Shown: positions 40,529 to 50,960, numbered from the stretch's first letter. The stretch is DNA of 64,000 nt from an uncultured Roseivirgaceae bacterium (GCA_964598395.1 CAZRBW010000003.1:27972-91971), one strand, 5' to 3'. The notes: generated by a model from the sequence alone, not told the origin. Numbers and translations are program-made.

Positions 40529-41650
40529 ATGGCCAAAAAGCTCACGATTTTACAATTGGTTACCCGACGGCAATATCGAGGTGCTGAAATGTTTGCCTCC
40601 AAACTGAGTGAGGGATTGGTAAGCCAAGGTTACAGGGTAATTTTTCTTGGGCTTTATGCTCCACCTCCCGCTGATTTGCAACCTAAAGGTGCGGAATGCT
40701 ACGATTTAAATGGAGATAGCTCTGGGTTTGTTTCACTCAAATTATTAAAATCCCTCAAGAAATTTATCGCTGATAATCAGCCCGATGTCATCCAGGCAAA
40801 TGGTTCTGATACTTTGAAGTATTCGGCACTTTGCAAAAGACATTTCCCTCGTATTCCACTAATCTATAGGCTAATATCTATGCCTTCTTATTGGATGGGT
40901 ACCAACCCATTTAAGCGAATGGTTTATCGTTATTTTTATAGCAAAATTGATTTTGTAAGTGGAGTTGGGAGGCCAGCAATAGACCAATTGGTAGAGTTGA
41001 TGAACTATCCTCCCGCCAATACCAATGTGATATATCGCGGTGTAGATGAGCATTTATTTGATAAAGAAATTTGTAGGCAAACGCTCAGAAATGAATTGAA
41101 TATCTCGCAAACTGCAAAAGTTTTAATTACCGTAGGAGCACTAAAAGACGAAAAGGATCACCATTTCATGATTAATGCTTTCGCCCAAATGAATCATTTT
41201 GATAAGGAACTTCATTTAGTTTTATTAGGAGAAGGTGCCTTGAAAAGTGACTTAGTAGCCAAGAGTAAATCTATCGGGTTTGAAAATAGAGTACATTTTG
41301 TTGGCTTTAAGGATAATGTAGGGGAATGGCTCGCTGGTGCAGATTTATTTCTGTTGACGAGTAAAATAGAAGGAGTGCCAGGTGTTGTGCTTGAGGCGGC
41401 AATTCAAAATATACCAACTCTGGCAATTGATGTTGGAGGAGTGCGGGAGGTAATAGAGCACGAGAAAACCGGAATTTCCTTGCATGAAAGGGATTTTAAA
41501 TCTTTCGCATTTAAAGCGGATTATCTGCTAAGTCAGCCAACTTTATTAGCCGAAATGGGAGCTAATGCCCGCCAATTGGTTATTGGAAAATTTGGCTTGT
41601 CTCGAGCCGTTAGAGAGTTTGAGGAGCTTTATTTGCGATTGCTCAATTGA
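40529..41650 (+). CDS. Glycosyltransferase family 4 (GT-B fold)
   Basis: Starts at MAKKLTILQLV. The C-terminal EX7E-like region is SKIEGVPGVVLEAAIQNIP. Confidence 0.85.
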   Translation: MAKKLTILQLVTRRQYRGAEMFASKLSEGLVSQGYRVIFLGLYAPPPADLQPKGAECYDLNGDSSGFVSLKLLKSLKKFIADNQPDVIQANGSDTLKYSALCKRHFPRIPLIYRLISMPSYWMGTNPFKRMVYRYFYSKIDFVSGVGRPAIDQLVELMNYPPANTNVIYRGVDEHLFDKEICRQTLRNELNISQTAKVLITVGALKDEKDHHFMINAFAQMNHFDKELHLVLLGEGALKSDLVAKSKSIGFENRVHFVGFKDNVGEWLAGADLFLLTSKIEGVPGVVLEAAIQNIPTLAIDVGGVREVIEHEKTGISLHERDFKSFAFKADYLLSQPTLLAEMGANARQLVIGKFGLSRAVREFEELYLRLLN

Positions 41651-41655
41651 GCCAC

Positions 41656-42207
41656 TTAGTCTCTTTGAAACTCAATGAAATCACCCTCTGCAATGCCATA
41701 TTTTTGGCAAAAGCCAGCAAGTGTTTCAACCACAAACATTGCAGGGTATTCAGAGGGCATAGTCTCCTCTGAATAAGGAATTGCATTTCTGTATATTTTA
41801 ACTATTTCGCCAGTACTATTGGCATACATAATGTCCAAAGACAATCTGGTATTTCTCATCCAAAAACCTTGTTCTTCTTCTTTGTCAAAAGTGAAGAGCA
41901 TTCCTTGACTTTCCGTCATGGTAGTGCGATACATCAAGCCCTGCGCTCTTTTGATATCGTCATCCGCAATTTCAATGTCAATTCGACGGATTTCGCTGCC
42001 ATCGGCTTTTTTGAATACTAATTCTCCTTGCTTCTTGAATGCAGGCTCAGTTTTAAGGCTGGATGAGTCATCGCTTCCTCCTTCGTAAAAGCTCAAAACT
42101 GAATAAATAATCATTAAAAGAATTAAAAGAGCTGCAAAAATTATGGTTTTTTTGCCTGTATTTTTCTTAGTTGCCGGTCTTTGGATGTATGGTTTTTTCT
42201 CTCTCAT
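41656..42207 (-). CDS. DUF192 domain-containing protein (membrane-anchored)
   Basis: N-terminal TM segment plus a DUF192-like core (QGLMYR...GMLFTF...FWMRNTRLSLDIMY). Confidence 0.7.
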   Translation of the reverse strand: MREKKPYIQRPATKKNTGKKTIIFAALLILLMIIYSVLSFYEGGSDDSSSLKTEPAFKKQGELVFKKADGSEIRRIDIEIADDDIKRAQGLMYRTTMTESQGMLFTFDKEEEQGFWMRNTRLSLDIMYANSTGEIVKIYRNAIPYSEETMPSEYPAMFVVETLAGFCQKYGIAEGDFIEFQRD

Positions 42208-42210
42208 GAT

Positions 42211-42750
42211 TTATTCATCGATATTTTCGGAAGCACTAGTTACATACTGTTGGCATTGAACAAGTAATTGCGCCGCTTTAGCTTGAATGGTTTGGATTAT
42301 ATTTCTCTGCTCTTTTTGAAGCTCAAGCATTTGGTTTGGAAGAATATCCACCGCATTATTACTTCCATGATTATGGTCATGTCCTTCATGGTCATGATCA
42401 TGTTCTTCGCCAGGTATTTCTACTTCTATAAGTTCTGCTTTCCAGTTGTTCAGCTCTTCTTCTACCGTTTCAATTTCTAGTAATAGTCCTTTAATTTTTT
42501 CCACCTCTTCTTGGGCTATTTCATCAGCCTGACTTTCACTATTGTTGGACAGTGCCACTTGCATGAAATTTTTATGTTCAGCAATTTGGGCCATCATTGC
42601 ATCAACTTGACCTTGAATAGAATATGCTTCATCATGAATGACTTTGGCTTCATTCAACGTCGCTAATTCATCTTCGCTTAATCCGCTGCTTGTGCACGCA
42701 GAAATTACCAAAATTAAAAGGGCTGAAAAAAGGATATTGACTCTATTCAT
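42211..42750 (-). CDS. Hypothetical lipoprotein with a His-rich tract
   Basis: Lipobox LVISAC, a predicted helical/coiled region, and the motif GEEHDHDHEGHDHNHG. Confidence 0.55.
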   Translation of the reverse strand: MNRVNILFSALLILVISACTSSGLSEDELATLNEAKVIHDEAYSIQGQVDAMMAQIAEHKNFMQVALSNNSESQADEIAQEEVEKIKGLLLEIETVEEELNNWKAELIEVEIPGEEHDHDHEGHDHNHGSNNAVDILPNQMLELQKEQRNIIQTIQAKAAQLLVQCQQYVTSASENIDE

Positions 42751-42803
42751 GTTTGCAAAATTTTTAGGCCATCACAAATTTACTAATTTATCTAATCTAA
42801 CTA

Positions 42804-43733
42804 TTACCTCGAATGGATTTCTTCTTTTTGGAAGTGATCCTTGTTACTTGCTTCCATTGGTTTTGGGTATTTCCATCTGCGATGAGACCACAGCCAATCT
42901 GACGGGTTTTCGCGAGTGCTTTTTTCCAGCAAATTAATATATCCATCTAAGATCGGAAACTCACTTGTATTTCCGTCCTCTACAGTTATTTGCTTATATT
43001 CTGCTATGTAGTGGCCTCTTTTGACCCGACGCATGCTGTTCATAAATACTGGCCATTTGGTAAACTTAGCTAACTGCTCAGGCCCAAGGTAAAATGCTGT
43101 ATCTCTACCCAAAAATTTCGCCCAATATTTTTCAGTGGCTTGTATAGGCAATTGATCAGCTACCATAGCAACATCACGTTGGAGTTTTCTGCGTTTTACG
43201 AGCTCTCGAACCGTTTCATCTTTAGCTATTGGAGTGCCACCAAAACGAGATCTTACTTCCATGATAAATTTGTCCACTCCCTTGTTTTTTAGTGGTTTGT
43301 ACACAGGATCTATCGGGTAGTTTAGCTCCATGGTGCTTGCCAACAGCATCCATTCCCAATTTCCTGTATGCCCAGTAAAGATGAAAGCAGGACTTCCATT
43401 GTCATGACACTTTTTGATTTTATCCAATCCTATTATATCAACTCTCTTTTGGATTTCGGTGTAAGATAGATTGTGCGCTTTTATTGTCTCAATAGCCAAG
43501 TCACAGAGATTTCGGTAAAATTGTTTGGCGATCTTTTTCTTTTCTGCCTTGCTTTTTTCGGGAAAGCAAAGAGCCAGATTTTCCTTTACCACAGGTCTTC
43601 TGTATCGGATTATGTAATAGATAATTAGGTACAAGAAGTCGGAAACTCCATAGAGTATCGAAAGAGGTAGTTTCGAAATTAGGGTGAGAAACCTGTACAT
43701 GGGCGGAAAATTACATATTTTCGGCCTATCCAT
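42804..43733 (-). CDS. Lipid A biosynthesis (LpxL/HtrB-type) lysophospholipid acyltransferase
   Basis: Has an HX4E/D motif (GHTGNWEW) and an N-terminal TM segment. The start may instead be the Met at 43700. Confidence 0.8.
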   Translation of the reverse strand: MDRPKICNFPPMYRFLTLISKLPLSILYGVSDFLYLIIYYIIRYRRPVVKENLALCFPEKSKAEKKKIAKQFYRNLCDLAIETIKAHNLSYTEIQKRVDIIGLDKIKKCHDNGSPAFIFTGHTGNWEWMLLASTMELNYPIDPVYKPLKNKGVDKFIMEVRSRFGGTPIAKDETVRELVKRRKLQRDVAMVADQLPIQATEKYWAKFLGRDTAFYLGPEQLAKFTKWPVFMNSMRRVKRGHYIAEYKQITVEDGNTSEFPILDGYINLLEKSTRENPSDWLWSHRRWKYPKPMEASNKDHFQKEEIHSR

Positions 43734-43750
43734 TTCAAAGATTCTTAATT

Positions 43751-44479
43751 ATGGTTGGAAAAGAGGTTGAAGTATTCACTAAAATCATTGAAAATCGTCG
43801 CTCAGTGCGCAAGTATATGCCTGATGTTGAAATACCCAATGAGGTGATAGAACGATCCGTAAGCTGCGCTAGCTTGGCACCAAATAGTAGCAATTTACAG
43901 CTTTGGGAATTTCATAGGGTTAAATCAGCTAAACTGTTAAGAGAGCTTATCCCATATTGTATGAAGCAAAATGCGGCAAAAACGGCTTCTGAATTGATGG
44001 TGGTAGTAGTTCGCAAAGATTTGTGGAGAAGTAGGAGAGAAGCCCTACTTGAACCTATTATGAAGCAAAAGGATTTGCCTGAAAAGCAAAAGAAAATGGT
44101 TGCCAAATATTACAGGAAGCTAATTCCCATTTTTTACACGAACGATTGGTTCAATATCGCTGGTTTATTGAGAAAAATCACAGCCTTTTCCATTGGTCTT
44201 TTCAAGCCTATAGTGCGGGAGGTTGGTTATGCTGATGTCCGAGTTACTGCACACAAAAGCGCTGCATTGGCAGCTATGAACTTTATGAATAGCATTAGCG
44301 CCGAAGGATACGACTCATGCCCAATGGAAGGGATGGATTCCTCCCGCATCAAAAGGGCTTTGGGGTTGCCCAATTCGGCTGAGATAAATATGGTGATTTC
44401 TCTAGGCAAACGCTTACCAGAGGGCGTGTATGGAGAGCGATGGAGAGTGCCACAAACTGAAGTGTACTTTGAACATTAA
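43751..44479 (+). CDS. Nitroreductase family protein
   Basis: 242 aa with an N-terminal RRSVRKY motif and an overall nitroreductase pattern. Confidence 0.8.
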   Translation: MVGKEVEVFTKIIENRRSVRKYMPDVEIPNEVIERSVSCASLAPNSSNLQLWEFHRVKSAKLLRELIPYCMKQNAAKTASELMVVVVRKDLWRSRREALLEPIMKQKDLPEKQKKMVAKYYRKLIPIFYTNDWFNIAGLLRKITAFSIGLFKPIVREVGYADVRVTAHKSAALAAMNFMNSISAEGYDSCPMEGMDSSRIKRALGLPNSAEINMVISLGKRLPEGVYGERWRVPQTEVYFEH

Positions 44480-44502
44480 AAGGAATTGTTTATCTTAATT
44501 GC

Positions 44503-45264
44503 ATGATTTCCAAACTAAAAGAAATTTTATTCATAGATATTGAAACTGTAAGTGCCAAAGCAGAATTCGATGAAATGGATGAAAGACTGCAAAAGCAATG
44601 GAAAAAAAAGGCTAATTTCTTTAAACAAGAAGAAAAAGAACCAGCCGAATTGTATAAAGATAAAGCCGCTATTTATTCAGAATTTGGTCAAATTGTATGC
44701 CTAGGAATGGGCTTTTTGCGAGAAAAGGACGGAGAATTCGTTTTACGCTTGGGAGAGCTTTCTGGAAAGGATGAGAAGGATCTATTAGAGAAGTTTGCCA
44801 AGCTTTTGGATGAACAATTTCCTAAAAACCAGCCAAGACTCTGTGCCCACAATGGATTCGAATTTGACTTTCCGTATATCTGCCGACGAATGCGAGTGCA
44901 TGGAATTCCTTTGCCTAGTTCGCTTGCCTTACTCATCAATGCCAAGCCTTGGACCAACCCGCATATCGATACCATGGAAATGTGGAAGTTTGGTGATCGA
45001 AAGCATTTTACTTCCTTGGACTTAATGGCGACTATTTTTGATGTGGAAACTAGCAAAAGCGATATCGATGGAAGTCTGGTTTCTCATGTATATCATGTTG
45101 ATGATGATTTGCCGAGAATCACAAGATATTGCATTCGCGATGTAGAAGTACTCACACGTGTGTATCTCAAATTAGCTGGCCTCGATTTGGAAATAAGTTC
45201 TGTGGAATATCCAGATTCCTACTTTGAAGCTGAAGATCAAAACCCTCCCGCCGATTTAGCATAA
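44503..45264 (+). CDS. RNase H-fold 3'-5' exonuclease (PolB-exonuclease-like)
   Basis: 253 aa with acidic ExoI-like FIDIETVS, followed by HNGFEFDFPY and a later D-containing motif (YCIRDVE). Confidence 0.7.
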   Translation: MISKLKEILFIDIETVSAKAEFDEMDERLQKQWKKKANFFKQEEKEPAELYKDKAAIYSEFGQIVCLGMGFLREKDGEFVLRLGELSGKDEKDLLEKFAKLLDEQFPKNQPRLCAHNGFEFDFPYICRRMRVHGIPLPSSLALLINAKPWTNPHIDTMEMWKFGDRKHFTSLDLMATIFDVETSKSDIDGSLVSHVYHVDDDLPRITRYCIRDVEVLTRVYLKLAGLDLEISSVEYPDSYFEAEDQNPPADLA

Positions 45265-45352
45265 TACAATTCTGCCATCCTGTCACTTCTTTGCTTGTGG
45301 TACAGGAATTGGGATTGACGGTCATCGTCTAATCAACAAAAGAATATATATT

Positions 45353-47242
45353 ATGCAAGAAAAAGGTACTATATCAATCCATACCGAAAACATTTTCCCG
45401 ATCATTAAGAAATTTCTCTATTCTGACCATGAGATATTTTTGAGGGAACTGATAGCCAATGCGGTAGATGCTACACAAAAAATTAAACGCCTTACTTCTT
45501 TAGGAGAAAATACTTCGGAACTAGGGGATCTTAGCATAGAAGTATCTTTCGATAAAGACAAAAAGACCATTACCGTGAAGGATAAAGGTCTTGGTATGAC
45601 AGGCGACGAAATCAAAAAATATATTAACCAAATAGCCTTTTCGGGTGCGACTGAGTTTGTAGAGAAATTCAAAGACGCCGAGGACGCAAAGCAGATTATA
45701 GGTAAGTTTGGTCTAGGTTTCTACTCAGCATTTATGGTGGCTGATACTGTGGAGATCATTTCTAAATCCTACCAAGAAGGAACCGAAGCAGCAAGATGGA
45801 CTTGTGATGGAAATACGGAGTTTGAATTAGGCCCAGCTGAAAAAACAGATCGTGGCACTGAAATAATACTGCATGTTAATAAGGATTCAGAAGAATTTCT
45901 GGAAGAATACAGACTAAAAAGCATACTTGATAAGTATTGCAAGTTTATGCCTGTAGATATCATTTTTGGCACCGAGGAGGAAAGATTACCAGATGGTAAA
46001 GATGAAGAAGGCAAAGACAAATTTAAAACGGAAAAGAAGCCAAGAATCATCAATAATACGGCTCCAATATGGACAAAGGCTCCAGCGGAATTGAAGGATG
46101 AAGATTACTTGGAGTTTTATAAAGAGCTGTACCCATTTAGCGAAGATCCGCTGTTCTGGATTCACCTTAATGTGGATTATCCATTCAACTTGACGGGTGT
46201 ATTGTACTTCCCGAAAGTGAAAGGCGACTTGGAATTGCAACGAAACAAAATTCAACTATACAGCCGCCAAGTATTCATCACCGATGAAGTGAAAGATGTG
46301 GTGCCTGAGTTTTTGATGCTATTACATGGTGTAATTGACTCTCCAGATATTCCGCTCAACGTATCGCGTAGCTATTTGCAATCGGATAGCAATGTGAAGA
46401 AAATCAACAGCTACATTACCAAAAAGGTGGCTGATAAGCTGGAAGAATTATTCAAAAAAGATAGAGCAGGTTTCGAAACCAAATGGGATCATATTGGACT
46501 GTTCGTAAAGTACGGGATGATTTCAGAAGAGAAATTTGCTGAAAAAGCTCAGAAATTTACTTTGCTGAAGAATACGGAGGGCAAATACTTCACGCTTGAG
46601 GAGTACGGTGAGAAAACGAAAGTAAACCAAACCGACAAGAATGGTCAGAACATTTGGCTATATGCAAGCGATGAAGGTAAGCAGGATGGATATATCAGAA
46701 GTGCAGGCAAGGTAGGTTATGATGTGGCAATTCTAGATGGCATACTTGATAGCCACTTTGTAAACCACTTAGAGCAAAAAATTGAGAAAACTAGCTTGAA
46801 GCGGGTGGATGCGGATGTTATTGATAAGCTTATCGAAAAAGATGAGAAGAGAGAAAGCTTATTGAATGACAAAGAGCAAGAAAGCTTGAAGGAAATATTT
46901 ACCAAAGCTATTGCAAATGAAAGTGCTCAAGTGTCAGTAGAAGCATTAGCTCAAGATGAATTGCCAGTGGTGATTACGCAAAATGAATTTATGCGCCGTA
47001 TGAAAGATATGGCCAAAACTGGCGGGGGGATGAACATGTTTGGCGCCATGCCAGAAACGCAACAAGTTACGCTGAATGCTAACCACCCTATCATGGCTAA
47101 AATCATTAAAGAAGAAAATGATGAGCTAAAAGGGCAAATGGCAACTCAAGCTTATGATATTGCATTGCTTGGTCAGGATATGCTCAAAGGAAAGCGTCTT
47201 ACAGAATTCTTACTGAGAAGTGTCGATTTGCTTGGAAAGTAA
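45353..47242 (+). CDS. htpG: Molecular chaperone HtpG (Hsp90)
   Basis: 629 aa with the GHKL N-terminal motif (FLRELIANAVDA) and an Hsp90 middle and C-terminal pattern. Confidence 0.95.
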   Translation: MQEKGTISIHTENIFPIIKKFLYSDHEIFLRELIANAVDATQKIKRLTSLGENTSELGDLSIEVSFDKDKKTITVKDKGLGMTGDEIKKYINQIAFSGATEFVEKFKDAEDAKQIIGKFGLGFYSAFMVADTVEIISKSYQEGTEAARWTCDGNTEFELGPAEKTDRGTEIILHVNKDSEEFLEEYRLKSILDKYCKFMPVDIIFGTEEERLPDGKDEEGKDKFKTEKKPRIINNTAPIWTKAPAELKDEDYLEFYKELYPFSEDPLFWIHLNVDYPFNLTGVLYFPKVKGDLELQRNKIQLYSRQVFITDEVKDVVPEFLMLLHGVIDSPDIPLNVSRSYLQSDSNVKKINSYITKKVADKLEELFKKDRAGFETKWDHIGLFVKYGMISEEKFAEKAQKFTLLKNTEGKYFTLEEYGEKTKVNQTDKNGQNIWLYASDEGKQDGYIRSAGKVGYDVAILDGILDSHFVNHLEQKIEKTSLKRVDADVIDKLIEKDEKRESLLNDKEQESLKEIFTKAIANESAQVSVEALAQDELPVVITQNEFMRRMKDMAKTGGGMNMFGAMPETQQVTLNANHPIMAKIIKEENDELKGQMATQAYDIALLGQDMLKGKRLTEFLLRSVDLLGK

Positions 47243-47264
47243 TAGTGAATCGAATCAAAAATTC

Positions 47265-47296
47265 AAAAGGCTACTCAAACTGGGTAGCCTTTTTTA
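47265..47296. terminator. Terminator between htpG and the convergent gene
   Basis: aaaaggctac-tcaaactgg-gtagcctttttt. Confidence 0.85.
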
Positions 47297-47944
47297 TTAG
47301 TCTTTACTTTTGAGGGATCGGATAAATTCTGCCCAAGCAAATGGGTTGAGGAAAGAGAAGGAGCGAGGTCCCACACGATCTTGAGACATTTGCCGCTGCT
47401 GGTCAAGAAAATATCGATAATTCATTTGAGGAGACATTGCTACATTTTGCACATATTGCTCATAGACCTCTGGATCTATACTTCTGGAAAATAAATTATC
47501 TGTAAGTTCTGTTGGAGCACGCATCGCTAGTATAGCTTCTTTAAAATCTCTTTCATTTGGAAATAGCATTACATTTACATTATCCAATTCTATTGTATCC
47601 TGCTTCATCTCAATCACTACAGTATAGCTATCTCCATCTATAGCAGGAATCTTCAAATATTGCCTTTGATAGCCAATCATGTTGAATACAATACTATCAC
47701 CCGTTAATACTGGCAAAGTGAAAAAGCCATTATCATCCGTGTTGGTGACTAGCCTTCGGGAAGGTATGTAAATATTGACCCTAGGTATGTAAGTAGGGCT
47801 GTCTTCATCGAGAATCACACCAGAAAACTGAATGACTTTTGGAGGGTCCTGTTTAGGAGGAACCTGGGATAAAGCGTGTTGATTCACCAAACAAAGACTA
47901 GAAATCAATACTACAAAAAATATAAAGTAGATTCTAAGGCTCAT
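47297..47944 (-). CDS. CarboxypepD_reg-like domain protein (hypothetical)
   Basis: Signal peptide followed by a beta-sandwich pattern (FSGVILDEDS...NTDDNGFFTLPV...GDSIVFNMIGYQ). Confidence 0.6.
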   Translation of the reverse strand: MSLRIYFIFFVVLISSLCLVNQHALSQVPPKQDPPKVIQFSGVILDEDSPTYIPRVNIYIPSRRLVTNTDDNGFFTLPVLTGDSIVFNMIGYQRQYLKIPAIDGDSYTVVIEMKQDTIELDNVNVMLFPNERDFKEAILAMRAPTELTDNLFSRSIDPEVYEQYVQNVAMSPQMNYRYFLDQQRQMSQDRVGPRSFSFLNPFAWAEFIRSLKSKD

Positions 47945-48011
47945 ATTATATAAATTACGACGTTCGAAGATAAAGGTTAGTAAGCCTTAAAACAAAAATT
48001 TCATAAAAGCC

Positions 48012-48398
48012 ATGCGGTTAAAGAACATTAGTTTGCCCTATAGTATTCAGATTTTTAAAGCTCTTTCAGAAGAAGCAAGAGTTCGTATAATCAATTTGTT
48101 GGCAAATAATAAGGAAATGTGCATTACTGATTTGGAGTTAGTTCTTGGTTTTACACAAACCAAAACCTCCCGCCACTTGACCTTCTTGAAAAATGCAGGA
48201 ATTGTAAATAGCAAAAGAGTTGATAAATGGATTTTCTATTACATCAAGGAAGAAGTATCTGAAATTTTAAGGCAAATTTTCGTCTTTATCCAAAAAGATC
48301 CACAACTGATCAAAGATCAAGAAATTTTCAAGGTGTTGTACTCAAATAGAGAACTTGCCCTCAACCAAATTGAAACGCGCAAATGGCAAGGTGATTAG
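48012..48398 (+). CDS. ArsR/SmtB family transcriptional regulator
   Basis: 128 aa with a winged HTH (RVRIINLL...EMCITDLELVLGFTQTKTSRHLTFLKNAGIV). Confidence 0.8.
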   Translation: MRLKNISLPYSIQIFKALSEEARVRIINLLANNKEMCITDLELVLGFTQTKTSRHLTFLKNAGIVNSKRVDKWIFYYIKEEVSEILRQIFVFIQKDPQLIKDQEIFKVLYSNRELALNQIETRKWQGD

Positions 48399-48473
48399 TT
48401 TTTGAACATTTAGAATTAAGTCAAGCTTATTATATGAGTACTGTATCCAAATTTCTCTGACGTTCGATTTCCT

Positions 48474-49166
48474 ATGGCTTACCAATCTCTTTTTTTCGAT
48501 CTCGACCACACTTTGTGGGATTATGACAAAAGTGCTCGTGAAACCTTGCGAGAACTGTACGATGGATATCAATTGCAGGATAAGGTAGCTTTTAATGTGG
48601 AGGCATTACAAGAAAAATTTTTTGAGGTTAATTATCAACTTTGGGCAGATTATAATATCGGGAAAATTGATAGCGAATACCTAAGGACGCAGCGTTTTGT
48701 ACGAATATTTCAGGAGCTGGGTGCCGATAAAAGCTTGATTCCTGCAAATTTCACAAATGAGTATGTAAATGGTTGCCCACAAAAACCTAACGTAATTGAT
48801 GGCGCTTTTGAATTGTTAGATCATTTGCACGATCGTTTTTCACTGCACATAATTACCAATGGTTTTGAAGATGTACAACATGTGAAATTAGAGAAATCTG
48901 GCCTTAGAAAGTATTTCGATGAGGTAGTAACCTCTGAAAGAGCGGGAGGTAAAAAGCCGGGTAAAGAGATATTCGAATTTGCACTTAAAGTCTCGAAGGC
49001 TCAACAAAAGCAAAGTTTAATGATTGGTGATAATATCCAAACAGATATCCTTGGTGCCAAAGGAGTTGGAATTGGCCAGGTGTATTACAATCCGGAAAAA
49101 GTGGCACATCAAGAAGAGCTTACTTTTGAAATTAGCCATTTATCTGAGCTTAAGTCTATTCTCTAA
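48474..49166 (+). CDS. HAD-superfamily hydrolase, YjjG-like (noncanonical pyrimidine nucleotidase type)
   Basis: DxDxT motif (FDLDHTLWD), a cap domain, and a late GDN..TDI motif. Confidence 0.75.
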   Translation: MAYQSLFFDLDHTLWDYDKSARETLRELYDGYQLQDKVAFNVEALQEKFFEVNYQLWADYNIGKIDSEYLRTQRFVRIFQELGADKSLIPANFTNEYVNGCPQKPNVIDGAFELLDHLHDRFSLHIITNGFEDVQHVKLEKSGLRKYFDEVVTSERAGGKKPGKEIFEFALKVSKAQQKQSLMIGDNIQTDILGAKGVGIGQVYYNPEKVAHQEELTFEISHLSELKSIL

Positions 49167-49261
49167 CACAACTCTACCTTCCTTTGAATTCCTCTAAGTA
49201 TTCTCTGCATAGATGCTTATCTTTGTGTATAATTTAGTTTTCAATCAAATCTAAAAAAGAT

Positions 49262-50893
49262 ATGTCAGTAGGCTTTTTCAACGTACCAAAACCTTATAAC
49301 GAACCTATAAAAAGCTATGCTCCTGGAAGTCCAGAAAGAGCATCTCTACAAGCGGCTCTTAAGGAAGCTCGTAGCAAAAAAATAGATATCCCGATGGTAA
49401 TTGGGGGGCAGGAAATATTCACCGATAAAAAAGTGAATATTAGACCTCCTCATGATCATCAACATATACTAGGCACCTTCAGCGAAGGAGATGCAGACCA
49501 TGTAAATCAGGCAATAAATGCTGCGCTAGGAGCTCGTGAAGCTTGGGCGGCAATGGCTTGGGAACATAGAGCAAGTATCTTCTTAAAAGCTGCAGAGCTG
49601 ATTGCTGGTCCATACAGGGACAGGCTGAATGCTGCTACCATGCTAGGCCAGTCCAAAAATGCTTTTCAAGCTGAGATCGATGCTGCTTGTGAAATCATCG
49701 ATTTCCTAAGATTCAACGTGCAATACATGACAGAAATCTACGCACAGCAACCAATATCCTCACCGGGTGTATGGAACCGCGTAGAGCAGAGAGGGCTAGA
49801 AGGTTTTATATTTGCCTTAACACCATTCAATTTTACAGCCATTGCAGGCAACTTGCCAACATCGTGCGCTATGATGGGCAATGTGGTTGTTTGGAAACCA
49901 GCCTACACACAAATTTATTCAGCCAATGTGCTTATGGAAATTTTCCGTGAAGCAGGCGTACCAGATGGCGTAATCAACTTGGTATATGTAGATGGCCCAA
50001 CTACTGGAGACATTGTATTCAAGCATCCAGATTTTGCAGGTATCCATTTTACAGGTAGTACTGGCGTATTCCAAACTATCTGGAAAACCATTGGCAACAA
50101 TATCCATGCTTACAAAACCTACCCGCGTATAGTTGGCGAAACTGGCGGTAAGGATTTCATAATGGTGCACAAGACTGCAAATGCCAAAGCAGTAGCTACT
50201 GCCATGTCAAGAGGCGCATTTGAATATCAAGGGCAAAAATGCTCTGCTGCCTCTAGAGCTTATATTCCATCAAATCTTTGGAATGAAGTGAAAGGTTACG
50301 TGCAAGAAGATTTGGCAAGTATGAAGATGGGAGGAACAGAAGATTTCGGTAATTTTATTAATGCTGTAATTGATGAAAAATCCTTCGATAAAATTGCTAA
50401 ATACATTGATGACGCAAAAGCAAATCCAATGGTGGAAGTAATAGCGGGAGGTAATTACGATAAATCTAAAGGTTACTTCATTGAGCCCACAGTATTGCTA
50501 ACTAAAGATCCGATGTATGTTACTATGTGCGAAGAGATCTTCGGTCCAGTATTGACGGTTTATGTATATCAAGCTGAAAATTTTGAGGAAACGCTAGAAT
50601 TACTCGATTCTACAAGTCCATATGCATTGACTGGAGCGATATTCTCTCAAGATAGATATGCGATTGAATTGGCAACAAAGAGACTAAACCATGCTGCAGG
50701 TAATTTCTACATAAATGATAAGCCAACAGGAGCAGTTGTAGGTCAGCAGCCATTTGGTGGATCTAGAGCTTCAGGCACTAATGACAAAGCAGGCTCTATG
50801 ATCAACCTATTGCGTTGGGTGAGTCCGCGTACAATTAAGGAGACACTAGTTTCTGCTACAGATTATCGATATCCATTTTTGGGAGAAGAATAA
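49262..50893 (+). CDS. pruA: L-glutamate gamma-semialdehyde (1-pyrroline-5-carboxylate) dehydrogenase
   Basis: 543-aa ALDH-superfamily protein with ETGGKD and the catalytic Cys region GQKCSAAS. Confidence 0.9.
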   Translation: MSVGFFNVPKPYNEPIKSYAPGSPERASLQAALKEARSKKIDIPMVIGGQEIFTDKKVNIRPPHDHQHILGTFSEGDADHVNQAINAALGAREAWAAMAWEHRASIFLKAAELIAGPYRDRLNAATMLGQSKNAFQAEIDAACEIIDFLRFNVQYMTEIYAQQPISSPGVWNRVEQRGLEGFIFALTPFNFTAIAGNLPTSCAMMGNVVVWKPAYTQIYSANVLMEIFREAGVPDGVINLVYVDGPTTGDIVFKHPDFAGIHFTGSTGVFQTIWKTIGNNIHAYKTYPRIVGETGGKDFIMVHKTANAKAVATAMSRGAFEYQGQKCSAASRAYIPSNLWNEVKGYVQEDLASMKMGGTEDFGNFINAVIDEKSFDKIAKYIDDAKANPMVEVIAGGNYDKSKGYFIEPTVLLTKDPMYVTMCEEIFGPVLTVYVYQAENFEETLELLDSTSPYALTGAIFSQDRYAIELATKRLNHAAGNFYINDKPTGAVVGQQPFGGSRASGTNDKAGSMINLLRWVSPRTIKETLVSATDYRYPFLGEE

Positions 50894-50913
50894 TTTTCTC
50901 AATTGGTATAAAA

Positions 50914-50944
50914 CAAAAAAACCTGCTTTTGGCAGGTTTTTTTG
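50914..50944 (+). terminator. Rho-independent terminator after pruA
   Basis: aaaaaacctgc-tttt-ggcaggttttttt. Confidence 0.85.
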
Positions 50945-50960
50945 TAAAATAATTTAATCC

